Positions 7,192 to 13,862 of a DNA stretch of 17,459 nt are shown in pieces (positions within the stretch are counted from its first letter, which is position 1; every line of letters starts with the position of its first letter). The stretch comes from Candidatus Subterrananammoxibius californiae (lineage in GTDB: Bacteria; Planctomycetota; Brocadiia; Brocadiales; Subterrananammoxibiaceae), in the NCBI GenBank assembly GCA_030586555.1, contig JAURAC010000020.1, forward strand, positions 1 to 17,459. The letters run 5' to 3'. The position numbers and the translations under genes were made by a program. Below the pieces are notes generated by a model, which had not been told where the DNA came from, made no database searches, and saw only the letters and a list, made by a program, of their open reading frames with translations.

Positions 7192-8964
7192 CTATCTGCA
7201 CTCAAAATTTACATCATTTACGCTTTTGCCTAAAGGAACGCCTATAGTTCTTCTTCTTTCGCCTTTACACCTTTTTACCCATATTTTGTATATGCCATCG
7301 AGACCACCGAAATGGTAACAGCCATTATCATCCGTTTGTGTCTTCCTTTTTTCTTTTGTGTTTCCAGGAAGTCCGCCTCTTAATATTACGGTCTTTCCTG
7401 CAAGCGGCTCTCCTGTATGATTTGTTACACGGCCCGATAGACACCCCGGAACATACCATGGGATATCGGCAGGACACCACTGGCATAGAAAAGTTGTAGT
7501 AGTGGTTGATGTTGTTGTGGTGGTTGTAGTAGTCCCGCCTGCTGGATTCCAGTAGCGGTAGTATATTTCCGAGTCACCACTCTGGTCTGACCAGTCATGC
7601 CATACGATATGCGGGTTGCCGGAGCTGTCGAGGGAAAGGAATGGAATAACGGAGTCATTTGCATTATTGCTTACGCCACCCCCTGTATTAGCCCCGTCGT
7701 ATGTCACCCAGTTTGAGCCGTTCCAGTAGGCATAGTATATCTCCGCATCACCGCCTGAAATGTCCTCCCATGCGATATGCGGATTGTCAGAACTGTCGAG
7801 GGCAAGGGATGGAGACCACGAATTGTTTACATTATTGCTTACCCCACCGCCTGTATTAGCCCCGCCGTATGTTTCCCAGCTATCGCCATCCCAGTAGGCA
7901 TAGTATATCTCCCAGTCACCGCCTGAATAGTCCTGCCATGCTATATGCGGATTACCAGAACTGTCGAGGGCAAGGGATGGAAGAGCGGAGTCGTTTGCAT
8001 TATTGCTTAGCCCGCCGCCTGTATTAACCCCGCCGTGTGTTACCCAGCTTGAACCGTTCCAGTAGGCATAGTATATCTCCCAGTCACCGCCTGAATAGTC
8101 CTGCCATGCTATATGCGGATTACCAGAACTGTCGAGGGCAAGGGATGGAAGAGCGGAGTCGTTTGCATTATTGCTTAGCCCGCCGCCTGTATTAACCCCG
8201 CCGTGTGTTACCCAGCTTGAGCCGTTCCAGTAAGCATAGTATATCTCCCAGTCACCGCTGCCTGAAGTGTCATACCATGCAATATGCGGATTGCCAGAAC
8301 TGTCGAGTGCAAGGGATGGAGACCATGAATCGCCTGCATTATTGCTTAACCCGCCGCCTGTATTAGCCCCGCCGTGTGTTACCCAGCTTGAACCGTTCCA
8401 GTAAGCATAGTATATCTCCCAGTCACCACTGCCTGAAGTGTCATACCATGCAATATGCGGATTGCCGGAGCTGTCGAGGGCAAGGGATGGCCAATCAGAC
8501 CAGCCTGAATTATTGCTTAGCCCGCCGCCTGTATCAGCCCCGGCGTATGTTTCCCAGCTATTGCCGTCCCAGTAGGCATAGTATATTTCCCAGTTGCCAC
8601 CTGAAATGTCTTCCCATGCGATGTGCGGGTTGCCGGAGCCGTCGAGGGCAAGGGATGGGACTTCGGAGTCGCCTGAATTATTGCTTAACCCGCCGCCCGT
8701 ATTAGCCACGCCGTATGTTTCCCAGCTATCGCCATCCCAGTAGGCATAGTATATCTCCCAGTTGCCAGCTGAATAGTCCTGCCATGCAATATGCGGATTG
8801 CCGGAACCGTCGAGGGCAAGGGATGGTACATAAGACCTACCCTCATTATTGCTTAGTCCACCCCCTGTGGCGCTGCCGGCACGTTCTTCCCAGGCACCTG
8901 CGTTTGCCAGTCTGTTCCCAAAGGATGCTGTAAGACATAAAAACGCTATGGCAAAAAGAAACAT
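7192..8964 (-). CDS. Secreted Trp-rich tandem-repeat protein (predicted 8-bladed beta-propeller) with a poly-Thr linker and a C-terminal carboxypeptidase-regulatory/transthyretin-like domain
   Basis: Hydrophobic N-terminus ending in an ANA-like signal peptidase site. Eight ~56-aa repeats GGGLSNN..S..PSLALD.SGNPHIAW.D...WEIYYAYW. Then a Thr run and LSGRVTN.TGEPLAG..V.L...TDDNGCYHF.GL.G.Y.I.V. Confidence 0.8.
   Translation of the reverse strand: MFLFAIAFLCLTASFGNRLANAGAWEERAGSATGGGLSNNEGRSYVPSLALDGSGNPHIAWQDYSAGNWEIYYAYWDGDSWETYGVANTGGGLSNNSGDSEVPSLALDGSGNPHIAWEDISGGNWEIYYAYWDGNSWETYAGADTGGGLSNNSGWSDWPSLALDSSGNPHIAWYDTSGSGDWEIYYAYWNGSSWVTHGGANTGGGLSNNAGDSWSPSLALDSSGNPHIAWYDTSGSGDWEIYYAYWNGSSWVTHGGVNTGGGLSNNANDSALPSLALDSSGNPHIAWQDYSGGDWEIYYAYWNGSSWVTHGGVNTGGGLSNNANDSALPSLALDSSGNPHIAWQDYSGGDWEIYYAYWDGDSWETYGGANTGGGVSNNVNNSWSPSLALDSSDNPHIAWEDISGGDAEIYYAYWNGSNWVTYDGANTGGGVSNNANDSVIPFLSLDSSGNPHIVWHDWSDQSGDSEIYYRYWNPAGGTTTTTTTTSTTTTTFLCQWCPADIPWYVPGCLSGRVTNHTGEPLAGKTVILRGGLPGNTKEKRKTQTDDNGCYHFGGLDGIYKIWVKRCKGERRRTIGVPLGKSVNDVNFECR
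7543..8865 (-). repeat. Intragenic tandem repeat, 8 units of 168-171 bp
   Basis: 7891-8052 is identical to 8059-8220 (162 bp). 7863-7916 is identical to 8709-8762 (54 bp). Confidence 0.9.
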
Positions 8965-9015
8965 AGTTTTATGTAACGATATGCGGTTTATTGTGATTGC
9001 TTCCTTTTTAAGAGA

Positions 9016-9045
9016 GAGATTCTTCGGCTACGCCTCAGAATGACA
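9016..9045. repeat. GTCA-type REP, intergenic, just downstream of gcvH
   Basis: Reverse complement TGTCATTCTGAGGCGTAGCCGAAGAATCTC has the same layout as 1742-1776 and 14363-14397. Confidence 0.75.
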
Positions 9046-9051
9046 ATAGGC

Positions 9052-9438
9052 TTACCCTTTTTCAAGAAGATTGGCATACTCGTCTGCCCTTAGAAGGGTC
9101 TTTAGTTCCTCTGGGTTTTCCATTTCTATTGCGAAAAACCATCCCTTGCCGTAAGAGTCTTGATTTACAAGCTGAGGCGAGCTTTCTAACTTATCATTTA
9201 TTTTTACTACCCTTCCCGAAACAGGGGCATATATATCATAAGCGGCTTTAACCGATTCAACTACCGCGCAAGCCTTTCCCGCGCTCACGGTAGCGCCTAT
9301 CTTGGGAAGCTCAACAAAGACCACGTCGCTTATCTGCTCCTGGGCATACTGAGTAATTCCAACGTAAACCTCTTTATCCCCTTCTCTACGCGCCCATTCA
9401 TGTGTTTTGGTATAAAATAAGTTTTTTGGGAAATCCAT
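9052..9438 (-). CDS. gcvH: Glycine cleavage system H protein
   Basis: Motifs YTKTHEW, VGITQYAQEQISDVVFVELP, lipoyl-lysine motif VESVKAAYDIYAPVSG and VNQDSYGKGW. Start placed at ATG 9438, 8 nt after AGGTGA. Confidence 0.96.
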   Translation of the reverse strand: MDFPKNLFYTKTHEWARREGDKEVYVGITQYAQEQISDVVFVELPKIGATVSAGKACAVVESVKAAYDIYAPVSGRVVKINDKLESSPQLVNQDSYGKGWFFAIEMENPEELKTLLRADEYANLLEKG

Positions 9439-9448
9439 CTTCATTCTC

Positions 9449-9488
9449 ACCTGCCCTTATTCCACTCTTTACGAAGGAGGAGACAAGG
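9449..9488. repeat. Degenerate CCCC/GGGG hairpin repeat between gcvT and gcvH
   Basis: ACCTGCCCTTATTCCACTCTTTACGAAGGAGGAGACAAGG aligns loosely with 10209-10255. Confidence 0.5.
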
Positions 9489-9499
9489 AATAATATTAT

Positions 9500-10729
9500 T
9501 TATAACCTCCCCTTCCCCTCCTTGTGAAGGAGGGGATTAAGGGGTGGTCTATAAAAAGGTATTTTAACTACTACCGCCTTGTAAACATTATCCCTAATCT
9601 TAACTCCGATAGACGTGCCAATTTTTGAGTAATCCACTTCAACATATCCAAGTCCAATATTCTTTTTAGTCGAGGGACTGTAAGTGCCACTGGTTACTTT
9701 GCCGATATAGTTCAGAGTTGGGAGTTTTGAGTTAAGAGTAATAATAGGATTTCCTTGTCGGGGAATTCCACGGTCAATCATCTCAAAGCCAATGAGTTTC
9801 CTTAATCCCCCTTTTCCCCCCTTTGACAAAGGGGGATGTAGGGGGATTTTCTGGGCTAATAATGCCTCTTTACCGATAAAATCTCCTTTATCGAACTTTA
9901 CGGTCCATCCAATCCCTGCCTCAAGCGGGGTGGTAGTTTCGTCAATATCGTTACTATATAAGAGAAAACCTGCCTCAAGTCTCAGGGTATCCCTTGCCCC
10001 AAGACCAACGGGTTTAAGACTGTACTTTTGTCCAACAGCTAATAGCAAATTCCATATCTTTTCCGCACGCTCTGGATGAAGAAATATCTCGAAACCGTCC
10101 TCTCCGGTATAGCCCGTTCTTGATATAAGAACTGACGTATTGTTTATTTTAAATTCACCAATCTTGAATCGCTTTAGTTGGGCAATACCATCAGTTATAG
10201 AGTGTTTTACCTCCCCTTTATCCCCTCCTTGCGAAGGAGGGGACTGAGGGGTGGTTGTAATTTCCTTTAAGATTGATTCCGATTGCGGTCCTTGAATGGC
10301 AATTAGAGCAGTCTCATTGCTTTTGTTATTAATTTTAACCCCCTGTTCGGCACGCTTCGTCATCCAATCTAAATCCTTTTGGGTATTGGCGCAATTAACC
10401 ACGAGGAAAAATCTTTCCTTATCAAGGCAATAGACTACGGCATCATCTATAATCCCGCCACGCTCATTGCAGATAGGGGTATAAATGGCTCCGTCGTCAG
10501 AAAGCCGTCCCACATCATTTGTAACAAGTTTTTGAAGGTAATCAAGGGCGTCCTTGCCACGAACCTCAATATTTCCCATGTGTGAGAGGTCAAATATCCC
10601 TGCAGCATTTCTTACAGAAATATGCTCCTCTATTATGCCCGTATATTGGAGAGGCATGAGGAAGCCGTGAAAATCAACCATGCGTGCGCCGAGACGAACA
10701 TGGGCATCATACAAGGGCGTCTTTTTCAT
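9500..10729 (-). CDS. gcvT: Glycine cleavage system aminomethyltransferase T with four repeat-derived segments
   Basis: Motifs KKTPLYDAH, FDLSHMG, IAIQGP, SRTGYTGEDGFEI, GLGARDTLRLEAG and GKVTSGTYSP. Start placed at MKKTPL; the ORF track extends to 10759. Confidence 0.96.
   Translation of the reverse strand: MKKTPLYDAHVRLGARMVDFHGFLMPLQYTGIIEEHISVRNAAGIFDLSHMGNIEVRGKDALDYLQKLVTNDVGRLSDDGAIYTPICNERGGIIDDAVVYCLDKERFFLVVNCANTQKDLDWMTKRAEQGVKINNKSNETALIAIQGPQSESILKEITTTPQSPPSQGGDKGEVKHSITDGIAQLKRFKIGEFKINNTSVLISRTGYTGEDGFEIFLHPERAEKIWNLLLAVGQKYSLKPVGLGARDTLRLEAGFLLYSNDIDETTTPLEAGIGWTVKFDKGDFIGKEALLAQKIPLHPPLSKGGKGGLRKLIGFEMIDRGIPRQGNPIITLNSKLPTLNYIGKVTSGTYSPSTKKNIGLGYVEVDYSKIGTSIGVKIRDNVYKAVVVKIPFYRPPLNPLLHKEGKGRL
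9505..9548. repeat. CCCC/GGGG hairpin repeat forming the GcvT C-terminal tail (PPLNPLLHKEGKGR)
   Basis: ACCTCCCCTTCCCCTCCTTGTGAAGGAGGGGATTAAGGGGTGGT, close to the reverse complement of 15540-15587. Confidence 0.85.
9709..9739. repeat. Heptamer array (AGTTNNG x4) in frame in gcvT (encodes TLNSKLPTLN)
   Basis: AGTTCAG AGTTGGG AGTTTTG AGTTAAG AGT. Confidence 0.7.
9804..9848. repeat. CCCC/GGGG hairpin repeat in frame in gcvT (encodes IPLHPPLSKGGKGGL)
   Basis: AATCCCCCTTTTCCCCCCTTTGACAAAGGGGGATGTAGGGGGATT, with nested stems. Confidence 0.85.
10209..10255. repeat. CCCC/GGGG hairpin repeat in frame in gcvT (encodes TTPQSPPSQGGDKGEV)
   Basis: ACCTCCCCTTTATCCCCTCCTTGCGAAGGAGGGGACTGAGGGGTGGT. Differs from the reverse complement of intergenic 15540-15587 by 2 substitutions and 1 indel. 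Confidence 0.9.
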
Positions 10730-10774
10730 TCTTTTCGTGCGTGCTTGTGCCTTTACCACGTTTACAAGACTACG

Positions 10775-10816
10775 AAATTGGAAAATGAAAATTGTAAATA
10801 TTAGATTGCAAATTTA
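10775..10816. repeat. Heptamer array downstream of the four-helix-bundle gene
   Basis: AAATTGG AAAATGA AAATTGT AAATATT AGATTGC AAATTTA on the plus strand. Includes the gene's stop codon. Confidence 0.75.
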
Positions 10817-11173
10817 TTTATTTTTCTTCGCTGTGATAATTGATTTGGCTATAATATTACTCAATTGGTTTGTTTCGTTAATGACCTCACCTAAACTTTG
10901 TTCCTTTAGAATTTCTGACTTCTGAATTAATCTTAACCAATACAATGATTCACGTATTTCTTTCAAAACAATCTGCAATTTATGTACGAAGTCAGCCCTG
11001 CTCTGTGCACTGCGTGCTTCTTCATAGTTGGACCCGATAGAGGTGCCTGAGCGTAATAGTTGATTAGCAATATGTTTCCCCGCTGACATTTTTCCAAGTT
11101 TCATAGTAAGCCTCACAATTTCAACGCCATAATCTAATACCCTTTCTGAAAGTTGGTTTGATTTCTCTTCCAT
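10814..11173 (-). CDS. Four helix bundle protein (23S rRNA intervening-sequence protein-like)
   Basis: Motif QLLRSGTSIGSNYEEA..AQSRADFVHKL.I..KE.RES.YWL.LI. The start at ATG 11173 lies inside the upstream heptamer array. Confidence 0.9.
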   Translation of the reverse strand: MEEKSNQLSERVLDYGVEIVRLTMKLGKMSAGKHIANQLLRSGTSIGSNYEEARSAQSRADFVHKLQIVLKEIRESLYWLRLIQKSEILKEQSLGEVINETNQLSNIIAKSIITAKKNK

Positions 11174-11210
11174 TTTAAAATTTCCAATTTTCAATCTTCA
11201 ATTTGCAATT
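11169..11210. repeat. Heptamer array upstream of the four-helix-bundle gene, inverted relative to 10775-10816
   Basis: Minus strand reads AATTGCA AATTGAA GATTGAA AATTGGA AATTTTA AAATGGA. Confidence 0.75.
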
Positions 11211-12067
11211 TAGCATCCGCTGTAATCATAAAAGCCTTTCCCTGATTTTCTGCCGAGGTAGCCTGCCTCAACGTATTTTCTCAGAAGCGGACAGGGACGG
11301 TATTTGTCGTCGCCGAGTTCTCTGTGGAGAACTTCTATTATAGATAAGCATGTATCAAGCCCAATAAGGTCTGCGAGGGCTAAAGGTCCCATAGGATGGC
11401 GTGTGCCGAGCCTCATCGCATCGTCTATCGCCTCTCTCGTTCCAATCCCTTCCATAAGCGCAAAGACAGCCTCATTAATCATAGGCATAAGGAGCCTGTT
11501 CACGATGAAGCCCGGATAGTCCTTGCTCAGTACAGGCGTTTTACCAAATTTTTTAGCCAAATCCATAATAGTTTGTGTGGTCTCGTTCGATGTGGCAAGC
11601 CCCCTTATTACCTCAACCAATTCCATCACGGGTGCCGGATTCATGAAGTGCATGCCGATAACCTTATCAGGTCTTTTGGTTGCAGATGCAATTCTCGTAA
11701 TGGAAATAGAGGATGTATTGGTTGCCAAAATGGTTTGTGGTGGACAAATGCTGTCCAATTCGTGGAATATCCTTAATTTTAAATCTTCTTTCTCTGGTAC
11801 TGCCTCAATGGTCAAATCAACATCTGATAAATCCGAAAACTTTAGTGTACCAGTAATTCTTTTTAAGACATCGTTCTTTTGGGGGGCAGAAATCTTTCCC
11901 TTTTGCTCCATTTTGTTAAGGTCTGCCTGGATAGATGAAATGCCTTTTTGAAGACCTGAATCCCTATCATCAACCAATTTCACATCAATGCCTGCGATTG
12001 CAGCCACAAGTGCAATCCCATGCCCCATTTGTCCTGCGCCAATTACACCGATTTTTGTTATGTTCAT
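11210..12067 (-). CDS. hbd: 3-hydroxybutyryl-CoA / 3-hydroxyacyl-CoA dehydrogenase
   Basis: Rossmann motif [14 protein letters not shown], then [47 protein letters not shown] and [10 protein letters not shown]. Confidence 0.95.
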   Translation of the reverse strand: MNITKIGVIGAGQMGHGIALVAAIAGIDVKLVDDRDSGLQKGISSIQADLNKMEQKGKISAPQKNDVLKRITGTLKFSDLSDVDLTIEAVPEKEDLKLRIFHELDSICPPQTILATNTSSISITRIASATKRPDKVIGMHFMNPAPVMELVEVIRGLATSNETTQTIMDLAKKFGKTPVLSKDYPGFIVNRLLMPMINEAVFALMEGIGTREAIDDAMRLGTRHPMGPLALADLIGLDTCLSIIEVLHRELGDDKYRPCPLLRKYVEAGYLGRKSGKGFYDYSGC

Positions 12068-12088
12068 TTTAAGCCCTTTTGGGTTCAT

Positions 12089-12453
12089 TTATTCCCGAAA
12101 TTGAATTAAATGCCCTCGTAATATCACCCAATGTAGGAACGTCCGCCTCAGGCGGACTGCGCCCTTATTATCGGGTCCGCCTAAGGCGGAAAGCCCTGCC
12201 CCTACAATAACAATTATTCCGTGTATGTGATTGGGCATAATAACAAATTCATCCAATTGAACAAATGAAAACCGGTTCGATAAATCATTCCATGTTAACT
12301 CCACCAATTGTCCCGCATCATTTAAAACCATTTCACTGTCTAACACATCTCCAAACAAACATTCTCGATTATGGGTTACAATGGTTACAAAATATGCCCC
12401 TGTTCATAATCATATCCCTTCAGGCGTATAGACCTACGACAGTGTTTTTTCAC
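12089..12453 (-). pseudogene. REP-associated tyrosine transposase (RAYT / TnpA-REP, IS200-like) remnant, frameshifted and truncated
   Basis: Hand translation: KKHCRRSIRLKGYDY /shift near 12404/ TGAYFVTIVTHNRECLFG...LDEFVIMPNHIHGII (HUH motif)...VGAGL /shift/ PTLGDITRAFNS. The C-terminal part carrying the catalytic Tyr is absent. Confidence 0.85.
12132..12206. repeat. GTAG REP doublet inside the RAYT remnant, carrying two nested TCCGCC-N3-GGCGGA mini-hairpins
   Basis: Ends TGTAGG...CCTACA. Mini-hairpins GTCCGCCTCAGGCGGAC (12141-12157) and GTCCGCCTAAGGCGGAAAG (12175-12193). Confidence 0.75.
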
Positions 12454-12473
12454 GGTAAAATAGTACCTTCGTC

Positions 12474-12590
12474 TTAACCCCCTTTCACCAAACACTTATA
12501 AATCTTGGATGTCTTGTATGCTGTAATAACCCTAAATTTTTCCAAGAGTGGTTTGTTCGATAACGGATTCAGCAATCCTTGTTTTTTCAT
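12474..12590 (-). pseudogene. Possible remnant of a small DUF4258-like toxin gene
   Basis: Short frame ending RVITAYKTSKIYKCLVKGG*, reminiscent of the V(I/V)T.Y.TSKI.KY C-termini of that family. Recognition by eye only. Confidence 0.3.
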
Positions 12591-12640
12591 TACTATCTAT
12601 AAAGGTAGATATACATTTTAGTTTAATTTAAATGATTTAG

Positions 12641-13687
12641 TTAATCAAACACTGTCTCAGGAAATAATCCGTTAGGCCCTCTCTTATGTAACCAAGAAAG
12701 TCTTTTAGTATCTCCATATATTGATGTTTCTATCTTTTGAACCAATGTAATGGCATTATCAACTACTTGTTCAACTTCTTCAAAGGTAAGCTCAAAAACT
12801 TTACGTTCTTTTTCGGGTTCAAATGTATGTAAGTTTAGAAACGGAGAGGCATGAACAATTGCATCGCGAATAATTTTTGCCCTATCGGTTATGAAATCAA
12901 TTTCAGGGCAGTTACTTTCTTGTAAAGGTGGATACTGGGTGTCAAGAATGATGCGAGGATATTGTAAAATTTTATCCCGTAATGAGAGGTATTTAGGTTT
13001 GTTGTGGATATGATTCCACTCTGTAAGAAACATTTTGGTTTTATCATCTAAATCTGTTTTATTTATGTAATAGTTAAAGGAAAGCCCGTTGAGGTACGCT
13101 TCAACAAAATAAAAGGCCTGAGTTACAGTTGCCTGATTCAGAGCATTTCTTGTTTTGATGAATCTTTTAGAATCGGTTAACTTATTGATTTTTGAATGTT
13201 GCTCCTTGGCTAAGTTAAAAAGGGCACACATATTTTCAAAAAGAATGGTTTCAAGCAAGTAAACTTCAATGGTGCCATGGTGTTTACGGAAAGTACCAGA
13301 GTCAATACCAATTCGCGCGTGCTCGGGAAAAGTCTCAAAGGCAGGAAGACATTTTTTGAAGTGGGTAAAAAGGGTTTTTATCGTATATTTAGGAATTAAA
13401 AGTTGTAACTCAGTACCACCTTTTCCTGCATTTTCAAGAATTTTAATTAGTTCGGAATTTGGTACCTTACAGCCATAACATTGCCGCAAGTTGGCGATTT
13501 TTTCCTTAACATCCTTAATAAACCTCCTCAAAAATTTTGAGCTATTTGAATTACTTATAATATCCTTGGTGTGAGTCATCTTTCTTTTTATATCAACGGT
13601 CACGCCGTAGGTAAAAACAAGGATTGCCTCATATTCACGATAAAGTTGTTTAGCTTTATCTCTAAGTTTAGTTATATTATTATACAT
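12641..13687 (-). CDS. Hypothetical protein with a C-terminal HEPN-like RxxxxH motif
   Basis: 348-aa AT-rich ORF with an AFYFVEAYLN helix followed later by IIRDAIVHAS. Confidence 0.65.
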   Translation of the reverse strand: MYNNITKLRDKAKQLYREYEAILVFTYGVTVDIKRKMTHTKDIISNSNSSKFLRRFIKDVKEKIANLRQCYGCKVPNSELIKILENAGKGGTELQLLIPKYTIKTLFTHFKKCLPAFETFPEHARIGIDSGTFRKHHGTIEVYLLETILFENMCALFNLAKEQHSKINKLTDSKRFIKTRNALNQATVTQAFYFVEAYLNGLSFNYYINKTDLDDKTKMFLTEWNHIHNKPKYLSLRDKILQYPRIILDTQYPPLQESNCPEIDFITDRAKIIRDAIVHASPFLNLHTFEPEKERKVFELTFEEVEQVVDNAITLVQKIETSIYGDTKRLSWLHKRGPNGLFPETVFD

Positions 13688-13696
13688 ACTGTAACT

Positions 13697-13845
13697 TTAT
13701 TGTATTTTAACATTAATTATTTTGCCGAAACTATGTTCTCTGTTCTTTGTGCATATTGTTAAAAATAATATCTATTTAATGAATAATCTCAATGTTTCAA
13801 CCGTGCTGATTCAACGCGATATCTGTTCTTGTATTTTTCTGTCAC
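13697..13845 (-). pseudogene. Second RAYT N-terminal remnant
   Basis: Hand translation: VTEKYKNRYRVESARLKH*DYSLNRYYF /1-nt shift/ TICTKNREHSFGKIINVKIQ*. Matches the RAYT N-terminal pattern S.RL..WDY....YF.TICT.NRE..FG.I. Confidence 0.75.
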
Positions 13846-13862
13846 ATTTTTATCCTAATCTT

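Noticed and set aside
7543..8865. 168-bp tandem units as a CRISPR array or a DGR template/variable region
   Set aside because: The units are in-frame protein repeats with no unique spacers. No cas or reverse transcriptase gene is present, and I saw no adenine-specific pattern of differences.
10730..10813. Glycine riboswitch upstream of gcvT
   Set aside because: The spacer is short and filled by a heptamer array. No aptamer-like structure is visible.
10814..11173. DGR Avd gene or rRNA intervening sequence
   Set aside because: There is no reverse transcriptase, template repeat or rRNA gene in the window.
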